Shown here one piece after another: positions 36,267 to 46,759 of a DNA stretch of 64,000 bases. Under the pieces are notes generated by a model. That model was not told the DNA's origin. It saw only the letters and a list, made by a program, of their open reading frames with translations, and searched no databases. Position 1 is the stretch's first letter. Every line of letters begins with the position of its first letter. The stretch lies in NCBI GenBank assembly GCA_964464695.1, contig CAYXKW010000001.1, positions 36,810 through 100,809 on the forward strand, written 5' to 3'. Origin of the DNA: an uncultured Candidatus Saccharibacteria bacterium (GTDB lineage Bacteria; Patescibacteriota; Minisyncoccia; Phycocordibacterales; UBA5272). A program made the translations under genes and the position numbers.

Positions 36267-38876
36267 ATGGCCCCAAAGAAAATTGATCACCTACAGAGCA
36301 TCATTGTTAAAGGTGCACGAACTCATAACCTTAAGAACATTACGGTTGAGATGCCTCGTCATAAGATGATTGTGTTCACAGGGTTGTCAGGATCAGGTAA
36401 GTCTTCGCTTGCGTTTGACACAATTTTCGCAGAAGGGCAGAGACGTTATGTGGAGTCACTTTCTGCATATGCACGGCAATTCCTGACACAACTTCAGAAG
36501 CCTGATGTTGACGAAATAGTTGGCCTTTCTCCTGCTATTTCTATTGACCAAAAGTCAGCTGGACGTAATCCTCGCTCAACTGTAGCTACTATTACAGAAA
36601 TTTATGATTATTTGCGTGTTCTCTATGCACGTGTCGGTAAGCCATACTGTGTTGACTGTGGTTCAAAAATCCAAAAGCTGACCAATGAAGAAATTATGCG
36701 CTTCATCTTAGATAAAGTAAAAGATGTTGATTATAAGAAAATAAAAACAGAAATGATGGGGGTTGAATTTTCTCATGCTGAAGTTCATATCATGTCACCA
36801 CTTGTACGAGGACGAAAGGGTGAGTACTACCAAATGCTCTATGACATGCTTGGACGTGGGTATACAGAGGCTGTGATTGATGGAGAAAGAAAGAGTCTTC
36901 GTGAACAAATTGTTTTATCTAAGAATAAAAAGCATGAGATTTCTGTTGTAGTTGACTCAATTGCATTAGATGAGCTTAGAAATCTTAAGTCACAAAAAGA
37001 TGCACTTACTCGTCTTGCAGAGGCCATTGAACGCGCTCTCGAAGAGTCTCAAGGTCTTCTTGAAGTGGAAATTCTTGGTGAGAAAACAATCATGAGTAAC
37101 AAATTCTCATGTGCTAACTGCGGGTTTTCATTTCCAGAAATTGAACCACGACTTTTCTCTTTTAACTCACCATACGGAGCGTGCCCCACCTGTAACGGGC
37201 TCGGTACTAAGTACTTTGGGGGCTTGGATGAATGTGATGATTGTCACGGGAAGAGACTTAGACCTGAAGCGTTGCATGTATATTTAGACGACACATCAAA
37301 AATAAATATTGTGGATATTGTTGCACTTTCGATTGAAGAAGCTCAGAAATATTTTGAGAGTATTCCACTAACTCCAAAGGAGCAAGAGATTGCTTCTGTG
37401 GTGATTAAAGAAATTCAATCTCGTCTTTCTTTTATGTTAAATGTTGGACTTAATTATCTAGCTTTAAATCGTAAAGCAGACACGCTGTCTGGTGGGGAGG
37501 CGCAACGTATACGTCTTGCTTCACAACTCGGGAGTCAGCTCGTGGGAGCTCTTTATGTACTTGATGAGCCGACAATTGGACTACATCAGCGAGACAATGA
37601 ACGACTTATCAAAACTCTGACTCATTTAAGAGATATTGGCAACACTATTATTATTGTTGAACATGATGAAGATACTATCTACGCATCTGATTTCCTCGTT
37701 GATATTGGGCCGCTCGCAGGAGTGCACGGTGGGGAGGTTGTTGTATCTGGGTATCTAGATGAACTACTCACAGCTCCAAAAAATAAATCAGGAAGTCTAA
37801 CACTTGCGTATCTACGAGGAGAGAAATCTATCCCTGTGCCTGCTCGAAGACAGACTGACAAAGGAACAATTAGGGTGACAGGAGGGAATATTTTTAATAT
37901 TCAAAATCTCTCAGCGAATGTGCCACTTGGAAAAATGAATGTTATCACAGGAGTATCAGGATCAGGTAAGAGCTCTTTTATGTATGAAATTTTGTACAAG
38001 AACTTACAAGCACGACTTGAGAAGAGATACAGAACGGTAAAAATTTATAATTGTGAAACTTTTTCTGGAACTGAATATGTATCACGAGTAGTTATGATTG
38101 ACCAGGGTGCTATCGGACGTACACCACGTTCAAACCCTGCGACATACACTGGTGCGTGGACTCACATTCGTGACCTTTTTGCAGAATCAGAAGAAGCGAG
38201 AATCCGTGGATGGAAGGCATCGAGATTCTCCTTTAACGTAAAAGGTGGCAGATGTGAGGCGTGTCAAGGAAATGGAGAGATTGCAGTTGAGATGCACTTT
38301 TTACCTACGGTGTATGTTGAGTGTGATGTATGTCTCGGAAAGAGATTTATGAAAGAGACGCTTGAAGTGAAGTGGAAAGGAAAAAGTATTTACGATATTT
38401 TGAAAATGACTGTAGAAGAAGCACTCACGTTCTTTTATGATATTCCTGCTATTCATGACCGAATTAAGACTCTTAATGATGTTGGACTTTCGTATCTTGA
38501 GCTTGGACAATCAGCTACTACTTTGTCAGGTGGAGAAGCTCAGCGTGTAAAGATTTCTTCAGAGCTTTATCGTCCACATGTTGAAAAAACTATTTATCTT
38601 TTAGATGAGCCTTCAATTGGACTTCATTATGAAGATATTGCAAAGTTAATTGAAATTCTTAACCGTTTGGTTGATAAAGGTAACACAGTTGTACTTATTG
38701 AACACAACTTAGATATCATAAAGTGCGCAGATCATATTATTGATATTGGTCCAGAAGGTGGTGTTGGGGGTGGGAAAGTCGTAGCAACGGGAACTCCTGA
38801 GCAAGTGGCAACTAATCCGAATAGTTATACGGGGCAGTATCTTAAAAAAGTATTAAAGAAAGATAAAACAAAGTAA
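36267..38876 (+). CDS. uvrA: Excinuclease ABC subunit A
   Basis: GARTHNLK, GLSGSGKS, EGQRRY, two LSGGEAQR motifs, zinc fingers. Confidence 0.97.
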   Translation: MAPKKIDHLQSIIVKGARTHNLKNITVEMPRHKMIVFTGLSGSGKSSLAFDTIFAEGQRRYVESLSAYARQFLTQLQKPDVDEIVGLSPAISIDQKSAGRNPRSTVATITEIYDYLRVLYARVGKPYCVDCGSKIQKLTNEEIMRFILDKVKDVDYKKIKTEMMGVEFSHAEVHIMSPLVRGRKGEYYQMLYDMLGRGYTEAVIDGERKSLREQIVLSKNKKHEISVVVDSIALDELRNLKSQKDALTRLAEAIERALEESQGLLEVEILGEKTIMSNKFSCANCGFSFPEIEPRLFSFNSPYGACPTCNGLGTKYFGGLDECDDCHGKRLRPEALHVYLDDTSKINIVDIVALSIEEAQKYFESIPLTPKEQEIASVVIKEIQSRLSFMLNVGLNYLALNRKADTLSGGEAQRIRLASQLGSQLVGALYVLDEPTIGLHQRDNERLIKTLTHLRDIGNTIIIVEHDEDTIYASDFLVDIGPLAGVHGGEVVVSGYLDELLTAPKNKSGSLTLAYLRGEKSIPVPARRQTDKGTIRVTGGNIFNIQNLSANVPLGKMNVITGVSGSGKSSFMYEILYKNLQARLEKRYRTVKIYNCETFSGTEYVSRVVMIDQGAIGRTPRSNPATYTGAWTHIRDLFAESEEARIRGWKASRFSFNVKGGRCEACQGNGEIAVEMHFLPTVYVECDVCLGKRFMKETLEVKWKGKSIYDILKMTVEEALTFFYDIPAIHDRIKTLNDVGLSYLELGQSATTLSGGEAQRVKISSELYRPHVEKTIYLLDEPSIGLHYEDIAKLIEILNRLVDKGNTVVLIEHNLDIIKCADHIIDIGPEGGVGGGKVVATGTPEQVATNPNSYTGQYLKKVLKKDKTK

Positions 38877-38973
38877 AGAAGTAAAAAAGCGAACGGTTAC
38901 CGTTCGCTTTTAGTTTGTGTTTCAGTAACAAAAAAGCCGCATCTCGGATGCGGCTTGAGGAGAATGCGTGGAG

Positions 38974-39192
38974 TTAAATTCCAGCGACTCTTTCATTGTC
39001 TGATCTTTTTTTTGTCACCCCTTCATTTATTTTCTTGATTTCTGAGGGCCTGCCCTGAGTGTAACCTCGCAGCTGAGCATTTGGGTGACATGCAGGCAGT
39101 ATTGCAAAATGAACAGCACCGCTAACGACCTTTTCCTCGTGTTTGAGAGGTGTGTCATAATTGCAGGGTTTGCACCCATGAATACATGACAT
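38974..39192 (-). CDS. Small orphan protein (72 aa, Cys/His-containing N-terminus)
   Basis: GAGGAGG SD, TAATG overlap with the upstream ORF, hairpin AAGCCGCATC..GATGCGGCTT downstream. Confidence 0.55.
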   Translation of the reverse strand: MSCIHGCKPCNYDTPLKHEEKVVSGAVHFAILPACHPNAQLRGYTQGRPSEIKKINEGVTKKRSDNERVAGI

Positions 39193-39389
39193 TAGGCACC
39201 TCCTCGTAGAGCTTCGAGGCATTCATTCGGAAGGGCACTTTCGTAACCCAAATCTTCCACACGGTAGGTGTGAATCGTTTGAACGGTCGGAGGTTTGCCG
39301 CCTTGACCAAAAAACTTTGCCGAAATTTTGAGCATTGCTGCTCCAAGTGGGCTGTGCCCATTTTTTTTCTGTGTGAGCTGTTGGCTCAT
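39192..39389 (-). CDS. Small orphan protein (65 aa)
   Basis: AGGAG SD; translationally coupled to 38974-39192. Confidence 0.55.
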   Translation of the reverse strand: MSQQLTQKKNGHSPLGAAMLKISAKFFGQGGKPPTVQTIHTYRVEDLGYESALPNECLEALRGGA

Positions 39390-39536
39390 CGTCTTCTCCT
39401 GCCAATGTAAAGAACTATTATTCCTCAGGGTGTACTCACTATTTTGTGAGATTCCTTTGGTCGTTGTGTCGTCATAATCTGCCGGTACGGTCGCACCAGA
39501 TTGAATTAGGCGAATATTTATTGTACAATAGATTCA

Positions 39537-40754
39537 ATGAAAAAGCAAGACCTCGAAAAATGTGGATTACCTGACACTCCCGGAGTGTATTTTTTCCGCG
39601 ATAAAGAGGGAACTATTCTCTATATTGGAAAAGCAACTTCCTTGCAAGATAGAGTCAGAAGTTACTTCAACCCGGACCTTATGGAATCAAGAGGTCTTCG
39701 ACTGGTGACCATGGTCACACTGGCCACTACGGTAACGTATCAGGAAACAGGCAGTGTACTTGAGGCGCTCTTACTTGAAAGTAAGCTCATCAAAGAGAAT
39801 GACCCAATGTACAATGCAAAAGAAAAAGATGACAAAAGTTTTACGTGTGTTGTTATAACAAAGGAACTATTTCCAAGAATTTTTACGATGAGAATACGAG
39901 ATTACGAAAAGAAATTCACTAAAAAAGACGTAGCGTATGTATACGGACCTTTTGCATCACTGCCTCAATTACGAAGTGCGATGAAGATAATTAGGAAGAT
40001 GTTTCCTTATAGAGATACCTGTGAACTTGGGAGTGCTAAAAAATGTTTTAATGCAGAAATTAAGCTTTGTCCAGGAGTTTGTATAGGACAAATATCAGAG
40101 GAGGATTATAAGAAAAATATTACAAATATCAGGAAGCTGTTTGACGGTAAAAAGACAGAAATAAAAAAATCACTTGAAAAGGACATGAAGGAGTATGCTA
40201 AAGGACATTTGTTTGAGCGAGCTGCATTAGCTAGAAACACATTATTTGCACTTGATCATATAAAAGACATAAGTCTTATCAAGGAAGACAGAGTGCTCTC
40301 TTTTAAAGATAAGAGCTTCAGAATCGAGGCATATGATGCTGCTCATATATCAGGGACATCTAGAGTTGGTGTTATGGTTGTTATTGATGGAGGAAGTCTT
40401 GAAAAAAGTGAATACCGAAAGTTTAAACTAGAAGAGGATATTAACGATGACTATGAAGGATTACGTCAAATTATGTTACGGCGCTTCTCGCGTAAAGAAT
40501 GGAGGTGCCCTGACCTCATTGTCATCGATGGTGGATTAGTACATAAGCAAACTGCCGAAAAAGTACTAACTTCTTTAGGGTTACTTATTCCTTGCGTATC
40601 TGTTGTTAAGGACGAACGTCACAAACCAAAGGACATTTTGGGAGATAAAGTACATGTGGATTACCATAAAAAGGATATTCTTTTAGCGAACCAAGAGGCT
40701 CACAGATTCGCTATTACGTATCACAAGACCTTACGTAACAAGCTTCTAAAATAG
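39537..40754 (+). CDS. uvrC: UvrC-like excinuclease (GIY-YIG, UVR and RNase H-like domains; no C-terminal HhH)
   Basis: PGVYFF..LYIGKA..RVRSYF, FERAA..RN, RIEAYD, PDLIVIDGG, EAHRFAI. Confidence 0.88.
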   Translation: MKKQDLEKCGLPDTPGVYFFRDKEGTILYIGKATSLQDRVRSYFNPDLMESRGLRLVTMVTLATTVTYQETGSVLEALLLESKLIKENDPMYNAKEKDDKSFTCVVITKELFPRIFTMRIRDYEKKFTKKDVAYVYGPFASLPQLRSAMKIIRKMFPYRDTCELGSAKKCFNAEIKLCPGVCIGQISEEDYKKNITNIRKLFDGKKTEIKKSLEKDMKEYAKGHLFERAALARNTLFALDHIKDISLIKEDRVLSFKDKSFRIEAYDAAHISGTSRVGVMVVIDGGSLEKSEYRKFKLEEDINDDYEGLRQIMLRRFSRKEWRCPDLIVIDGGLVHKQTAEKVLTSLGLLIPCVSVVKDERHKPKDILGDKVHVDYHKKDILLANQEAHRFAITYHKTLRNKLLK

Positions 40755-40877
40755 CATAGAAAATCTACTGTCAAGACTAACTATTGACATCAATGTGAGG
40801 GACAAAAATTATGGCTTTTAGTTCATAAACGGTACAATCTATGTATTAACAAATGATGTAAAAATATTAGAAACGTT

Positions 40878-43865
40878 ATGGCTATTCTACAGATAATTAA
40901 GAAAAGAAATGGGGAGATAGTTCCTTTCGAGGTAACTAAAATTGAGTCTGCTGTAAAAAAGGCTTTTGTGAGTATAACTCGTGACGAGAAGGCTGCGGTC
41001 GCAAAACACATTTCTGAACTTGTTGGCAAGGAACTTGAACTGGAAGCGCTCACTCGAGAGGGTTATGTTCCGAGTGTTGAACATACACAAGATCTTGTGG
41101 AAAAGCACATCATGGGGGCAGGTTTTTTTGACGTTGCTAAAGCTTACATCATTTATCGCTACGAACGAACAAAGGAACGACAAGTCGAAAAAATTGAGAC
41201 TCTTGAAAAGGTTGAAGAAGGTGGTTTGTTCATCACAAAGAAAAGTGGCAAGAAAGAAAGATTTGATATTCTTAAGATTAAAAAATCTGTCACCTATGTA
41301 ATCCATGGGTATGAAAAAGATGTGAATATTGAGCAAATCGTTAACCAGGTAAAGTTGGAAGTGTACGAAGGGATGTCTACAAAAGAAATCAGTAAGGCTC
41401 TCATCATGACATTGCGTTCTATGATTGAGCAGGACCCTATTTATTCATATGTTGCGTCTCGTATGATTCTTGCGCAGATTAACAGTGACCTATTTGGTAA
41501 TGCACTTAATCACACAACTTTAGATACACAATATAAAGAAGCGTTTATATCAGGTATTAAGACTGGAGTAGAAAAAGGTATTCTTGATGCACGGATGACG
41601 AATTTTGATTTAACTCGTCTTTCAAGTGCATTGGTCCGTTCACGTGATGAATTATTCATGTATCTGGGATCTCAGACATTATATGAGAGATACCTTGTTC
41701 GTGATGTTGAAGGTGATGGGAAGATTATGGAACACATCCAAGGATTCTGGATGCGTGTTGCGATGGGGGTTGCGCTTGCTGAGAAGGAGCTTGATAGAAC
41801 AACTCGCGCAATCGAGTTTTATGAAGCGATGTCACAACTTCGCTTTGTGCCGTCTTCTCCAACACTCTTCCACTCAGGAACAAAGCATGCACAACTCTCA
41901 AGCTGTTACCTAAACACAGTAGGAGATTCTCTCGAGTCTATCTTTAAGGTGTATTCAGATAACGCACAGCTTTCTAAGTGGGCAGGAGGGATTGGTACTA
42001 ATTGGACATCGGTCCGTGCATCAGGTTCACTTGTCAAGAAATCAGGTATTAAGTCAAATGGTATTATTCCATTCCTTAAGATTGCAAATGATGTAACGGT
42101 TGCTATTAACCGTTCAGGTCGCAGACGAGGTGCGACATGTGCATACCTTGAGAACTGGCATTTTGATGTAGAAGAATTTTTGGAACTCCGAAAAAACACA
42201 GGTGATGAACGTCGTCGTACTCATGACATGGATACTGCGCTTTGGATTTCGGATCTTTTCATGAAGCGTGCACAGACAGATGGTGACTGGACACTCTTCT
42301 CACCGGATGAAGTGCATGAACTTCCTGAGTCATATGGAGACGCTTTTGAAAAGCATTATGAACGATACGAGTCACTCGCTAAGGAAGGAAAAATAAAAAT
42401 TTTCAAAACAATCAAAGCGCGTGAGCTATGGCGAAAGATGGTTACTATGCTGTATGAGACTGGTCACCCATGGATTACCTGGAAAGATCCTTCTAACATC
42501 CGTTCACCACAAGATCATGTTGGTGTCGTTCATAACTCAAACCTCTGTACTGAAATTACACTTAACAACAGTGAAGAAGAGACTGCTGTATGTAACTTAG
42601 GTTCACTTAACTACCAGAGACTTATGAGAAATGGTAAGTTCGATGTTGATCTCGTTGCAGCAACAACACGAACTGCAATCAGAATGCTCGATAATGTTAT
42701 CGACGTTAACTTCTACCCAACCATAGAAGCGGAGCGAAGTAACATGAAGCATCGCCCAATTGGACTTGGGCTTATGGGCTTCCATGACGCACTCTATATG
42801 ATGGATATCAATTTTGATTCTGATGCCGCAGTTTCGTTTGCAGATGAGTCAATGGAACTTATCTCATACCACGCTATTCTTGCATCATCTGAACTTGCTC
42901 GTGAGCGAGGATCATACACAAGTTATAAGGGAAGTAAGTGGGACCGCGGCATTTTCCCAGTGGATACTATTGATCTTCTTGAAAAGAATCGTGGGGTTGA
43001 AATCCCTGTTTCAAAAGCAGGTAAGCTCAATTGGGCTCCTGTACGCGCGTCTGTTACAGAATTTGGTATGCGTAACTCAAACACAATGGCAATGGCACCA
43101 ACAGCAACCATTTCTAATATTGTAGGTTCTGTTCCGTGTATCGAGCCTATTTATAAAAATATTTATGTGAAGTCAAACATGAACGGGGAATTCATCATCG
43201 TGAATCCATACCTCGTTAATGACTTGAAGGCACTTAATCTTTGGGATTTCGAAATGATCGGTCTTCTTAAGTACAATGATGGTTCTGTAAAAGATATTCC
43301 GTCAATTCCTTCACACCTTAAGGATAAGTACAAGGAAGTGTTTCAGATTGATCCATCGTGGCTTCTTAAGAGTGCTGCACACCGAGGAAAGTGGGTAGAC
43401 CAATCACAGTCACTTAATATTTACTTCGCAGGAACTTCAGGAAAAGAACTTGCAAATATTTATGAGTACGCGTGGTCACTTGGTCTTAAGACTACATATT
43501 ATCTACGTTCACTCGGAGCTTCTCAGGTTGAGAAGAGTACAGTGAATGCTTCTGAGTTTGGTTCTACACATAAGCGTGACGCTGGTGCTGATGCACAGTT
43601 TGGTTCTGTTGCTTCTGGAATTGCTGCAAGCACTGTAGCTTCGTCTATTTCAGTTGCGTCTACTCCTGTTACCATTTCAGCAGTAGTTAATCCAGCTCCT
43701 ATTGTAGCTCTATCTACTCCAGTCATGTCGATGACTTCTCCAATTCCATCAATGATTTCGAAAGTATCTTCTGAAACATCAATGGCAACAGTAGCGGCTA
43801 AAGCTCCTCAGACAAAGTACAAGATTACGGTTATGCCCGAGGCAACTTGCGACGGGTGTCAGTAG
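40878..43865 (+). CDS. nrdA: Ribonucleotide reductase class Ia alpha subunit with two ATP cones
   Basis: Two ATP-cone starts (IKKRNG, ITKKSG), LSSC, SNLCTEI, MAPTATIS, LKTTYYLRS, C-terminal CDGC. Confidence 0.95.
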   Translation: MAILQIIKKRNGEIVPFEVTKIESAVKKAFVSITRDEKAAVAKHISELVGKELELEALTREGYVPSVEHTQDLVEKHIMGAGFFDVAKAYIIYRYERTKERQVEKIETLEKVEEGGLFITKKSGKKERFDILKIKKSVTYVIHGYEKDVNIEQIVNQVKLEVYEGMSTKEISKALIMTLRSMIEQDPIYSYVASRMILAQINSDLFGNALNHTTLDTQYKEAFISGIKTGVEKGILDARMTNFDLTRLSSALVRSRDELFMYLGSQTLYERYLVRDVEGDGKIMEHIQGFWMRVAMGVALAEKELDRTTRAIEFYEAMSQLRFVPSSPTLFHSGTKHAQLSSCYLNTVGDSLESIFKVYSDNAQLSKWAGGIGTNWTSVRASGSLVKKSGIKSNGIIPFLKIANDVTVAINRSGRRRGATCAYLENWHFDVEEFLELRKNTGDERRRTHDMDTALWISDLFMKRAQTDGDWTLFSPDEVHELPESYGDAFEKHYERYESLAKEGKIKIFKTIKARELWRKMVTMLYETGHPWITWKDPSNIRSPQDHVGVVHNSNLCTEITLNNSEEETAVCNLGSLNYQRLMRNGKFDVDLVAATTRTAIRMLDNVIDVNFYPTIEAERSNMKHRPIGLGLMGFHDALYMMDINFDSDAAVSFADESMELISYHAILASSELARERGSYTSYKGSKWDRGIFPVDTIDLLEKNRGVEIPVSKAGKLNWAPVRASVTEFGMRNSNTMAMAPTATISNIVGSVPCIEPIYKNIYVKSNMNGEFIIVNPYLVNDLKALNLWDFEMIGLLKYNDGSVKDIPSIPSHLKDKYKEVFQIDPSWLLKSAAHRGKWVDQSQSLNIYFAGTSGKELANIYEYAWSLGLKTTYYLRSLGASQVEKSTVNASEFGSTHKRDAGADAQFGSVASGIAASTVASSISVASTPVTISAVVNPAPIVALSTPVMSMTSPIPSMISKVSSETSMATVAAKAPQTKYKITVMPEATCDGCQ

Positions 43866-43990
43866 GTAGACTTTGGCTATTTGTCTGTAGCTTGTAGCTT
43901 ACAATGCAAACTCACACCAAAACGATGTTATAATTATTACATCACCAAAACAATCGTATACAGTATTATTTATTAGTCAATTTACCAATT

Positions 43991-45076
43991 ATGCAACCAC
44001 AACAAACAACTAATTCAAATGTTCCCCAAGCGGTGAATCCTAAGCCTATCATTGATAGAAACGCTGGTCGTGTTGACGTTAATCAACGTAAGATCATCAA
44101 TGGGCGCGCGGATGTTGTTCAGTTGTGGCCGATCAAGCATAAGTTCGCATGGGATGCATATAATGTTGGTAACGCAAATCACTGGCTTCCGACAGAAATC
44201 AGTATGCAGTCAGATATTGAACAGTGGAGGTCATCATCTGTACTTACAGATGATGAGCGTCACGCGTTTAAGATGGTTCTTGGCTTTTTTACAACAGCAG
44301 ACTCTATAGCTGCGAATAATCTTGTACTTGCATTCTATAAGCACATCACGTCTCCTGAGGCGAGACTCTATCTTCTTCGTCAGGCGTACGAAGAGGCTAT
44401 TCATACACAAGCGTATCAGTATATGGTGGAGTCGCTTGGACTAGATGGTACTGAGATTTACAACATGTATCGTGAAGTAGATGCAATCTATAACAAAGAA
44501 GAGTTTATCCTTTCTTTTAATGATGGAATTTTCAAGGATGATTTTAAGACAGGTACATTTGAATCAGACCAGAAATTCCTAGAGAATATGTGTGTCTTCT
44601 CTCTTATTCTAGAAGGGGTCTTCTTCTACTCGTCATTTGCTGTAATATTTGGATTCCAGCGTCAGAACAAACTTGTTGGAAGTGCAGAGCAAATTCAATA
44701 CATCATGCGTGATGAGAGTACTCATATGAACTTCGGTATTGATATGATTAATACTATCAAGCAGGAACAGCCAGAATTGTGGACACCGGCATTCGTAGAA
44801 AGAATCACCAATCTTATGAAGAAGGCTGTTGTACTAGAATACCAGTTCGCGGTGGATGTATTTCCAAAAGGAATTTTTGGACTAAATGCTGAAGGGTTCA
44901 AGCAATATATTGAACATATTGCAGACAGACGACTTGCACGTGTTGGGATAGACGCAGTGTACGGAAGTGCGAATCCGTTCCCGTGGATGTCAGAAGCTGT
45001 AGACCTTAACAAAGAAAAAAACTTTTTTGAAACTCGCGTAACAGAGTACAAAACTGGAGGGACGTTGAGTTGGTAA
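43991..45076 (+). CDS. nrdB: Ribonucleotide reductase beta subunit
   Basis: EEAIHTQAY (radical Tyr present), EGVFFYSSF, RDESTH, NFFETRVTEY. Confidence 0.95.
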   Translation: MQPQQTTNSNVPQAVNPKPIIDRNAGRVDVNQRKIINGRADVVQLWPIKHKFAWDAYNVGNANHWLPTEISMQSDIEQWRSSSVLTDDERHAFKMVLGFFTTADSIAANNLVLAFYKHITSPEARLYLLRQAYEEAIHTQAYQYMVESLGLDGTEIYNMYREVDAIYNKEEFILSFNDGIFKDDFKTGTFESDQKFLENMCVFSLILEGVFFYSSFAVIFGFQRQNKLVGSAEQIQYIMRDESTHMNFGIDMINTIKQEQPELWTPAFVERITNLMKKAVVLEYQFAVDVFPKGIFGLNAEGFKQYIEHIADRRLARVGIDAVYGSANPFPWMSEAVDLNKEKNFFETRVTEYKTGGTLSW

Positions 45077-45097
45077 ATTTCTTAATTATTGTTATAT

Positions 45098-45487
45098 ATG
45101 CAATTAGATTATTTAATCGCCGCAGAAACAGCTTTTTTTAGTGAAGAAGGGAGAATTAGTATAATAAAAATATTTGAAAAAATAAATTTATCAGGTGGTG
45201 ACGAAAAGTCAACCCCACCTGTAATCAATTTTTCTTTAACTGGAAAGGTAACTGGGGATTACGGAAAAGGGGTAAGAGTTACAATTTTAGATAAGAACCT
45301 AAAAATAGTTATGCAAGAAGTTACTGTCGATGCGAAAGAATTAAATAAAGATTTTTTAAATTTTATTGTTATTGTTAACGGTGTTATTCTCGAAAATGAT
45401 GGGGACTATACAGCCACAATTAGAAATTACGAAGGAGATTTAATTGTAAGCGAAAATAAAAGACTTTTTTCAGTGACTAGAAACTAG
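45098..45487 (+). CDS. Hypothetical protein (AT-rich)
   Basis: Intact ORF with a predicted beta-rich pattern; no confident family. Confidence 0.6.
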   Translation: MQLDYLIAAETAFFSEEGRISIIKIFEKINLSGGDEKSTPPVINFSLTGKVTGDYGKGVRVTILDKNLKIVMQEVTVDAKELNKDFLNFIVIVNGVILENDGDYTATIRNYEGDLIVSENKRLFSVTRN

Positions 45488-45489
45488 GT

Positions 45490-45936
45490 ATGTCTTCACA
45501 GGACATAAAATTTTCAATAGAGAGTAAGGCTAAGAGTGTGTCTAAGGATCCCTCTAAACTTAAAGTAATTCCTGAAACTCAAGGTTCATCTTCAGGACCA
45601 TCAAAAAAAACAAGTGAAATTGTTAAAGAGCAGGGTACTCGACTTGAAAAATTAGAAATAGAAGCAAGCGAGCTTATAAATAAAGCTAATAGACTTATAA
45701 AAAAAGCTGAAAATATTAATACAGCAACAATAGGGATTCTGTTCGCAATTATAGTTGTTTTTCTTGTGTCTTTTCTTGGGGTTGCCTCAGACTATATGCA
45801 AAACAATGATGAAAATAGGAAATATTTTTCAAGTCTTTTAGAAAAGTACCAGACGAAAGAAAATTCAAAAGAAGTCCAAGAAATCTTTAAAGATTGCATC
45901 AATACGTACGGATTAAAGTTTTGTGTTAGTAGATAG
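45490..45936 (+). CDS. Hypothetical coiled-coil / single-TM protein
   Basis: Starts 2 nt after the previous stop; one hydrophobic helix. Confidence 0.6.
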   Translation: MSSQDIKFSIESKAKSVSKDPSKLKVIPETQGSSSGPSKKTSEIVKEQGTRLEKLEIEASELINKANRLIKKAENINTATIGILFAIIVVFLVSFLGVASDYMQNNDENRKYFSSLLEKYQTKENSKEVQEIFKDCINTYGLKFCVSR

Positions 45937-45983
45937 TGATATTAAAAATAAAACTAAGGGTTTTCCCCTTAGTTTTTGTTTTG

Positions 45984-46565
45984 TTAGATTGTTGGTTTTG
46001 ATTGTTGCAGGTGTTGTGAGGCTTTCTTCCAGTCTTCGTAGAAACAGGCGAGGACGGTCATGTCTTCCCAAGCACCCTCATGAAATAATTCTTCCTTGAG
46101 AGTTGCCTCGATAGCATACCCGCAACGCTTACTGTATTCGATACTTTTTGTATTCTTGGCGAATGCATAAGAAATAATCTTATGCATGCCGAGAGTTTCA
46201 AAAGCATACTTTAGAAGTGTCATCTTGGCATCACTTGCGTAGCCTTTTCCATGAAACTTCTTTTCACCAAGAATTGTCCCAGTAACAGCATTTCTGTCTA
46301 CCCAGTTTATAGAGTGAAGACCCATTGTTCCAATTGGGCACTTGTCTTCTTTTGATTCTATAATCATGACAATATCACTAGGTGCTCGTGAGAGGACACA
46401 TGATTTTTCTACCCACGCTTTTTCATCAAGGTCGGCGAGTGGGAATCTGCGGTTAAGATACCTTCTTGTCTCTTCATTATTTATCCACTTGGTGAGTAAA
46501 GGGACATCATCGACTGAAAGCGGACGAAGGGTGGTTGTGTTTCCAGTAAGGAATACGTTTGACAT
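45984..46565 (-). CDS. GNAT acetyltransferase (RimJ/RimL/SpeG-like)
   Basis: LRPL, PIGTMGLHSINW, HGKGYA acetyl-CoA loop, YAFETLGMHKI; GGAG SD before MSNV. Confidence 0.88.
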   Translation of the reverse strand: MSNVFLTGNTTTLRPLSVDDVPLLTKWINNEETRRYLNRRFPLADLDEKAWVEKSCVLSRAPSDIVMIIESKEDKCPIGTMGLHSINWVDRNAVTGTILGEKKFHGKGYASDAKMTLLKYAFETLGMHKIISYAFAKNTKSIEYSKRCGYAIEATLKEELFHEGAWEDMTVLACFYEDWKKASQHLQQSKPTI

Positions 46566-46586
46566 GAGTAACTCCAAGGTTGTAGT

Positions 46587-46620
46587 AAAAGAACAAATGC
46601 ATCACATTATGTGATGCATT
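46587..46620 (-). terminator. Attenuator terminator in the GNAT leader
   Basis: AATGCATCAC-loop-GTGATGCATT followed by TGTTCTTTT on the minus strand. Confidence 0.65.
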
Positions 46621-46648
46621 GTAATTCCTTATTTATTTATCGTAGGTG

Positions 46649-46753
46649 TTATAACGACGTACCCAGCATCACACAATGAGAAAATCCCGAAAGGACGAAG
46701 GTCCCTCGCGCGATTGACTGCATATTGCAATGTGGTTTATGATAGTAAGCCAT
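46649..46753 (-). CDS. Putative leader peptide (34 aa, MAYYHKPHCNMQSIARGTFVLSGFSHCVMLGTSL)
   Basis: ATG 6 nt after the -10 box; contains the anti-terminator sequence TGTGATGC. Confidence 0.55.
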   Translation of the reverse strand: MAYYHKPHCNMQSIARGTFVLSGFSHCVMLGTSL

Positions 46754-46759
46754 ATTTTA

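Noticed and set aside
43991-45076. Class Ic (Mn/Fe, Tyr-less) RNR beta subunit
   Set aside because: The radical Tyr (EAIHTQAY) and the first Asp ligand are both present.
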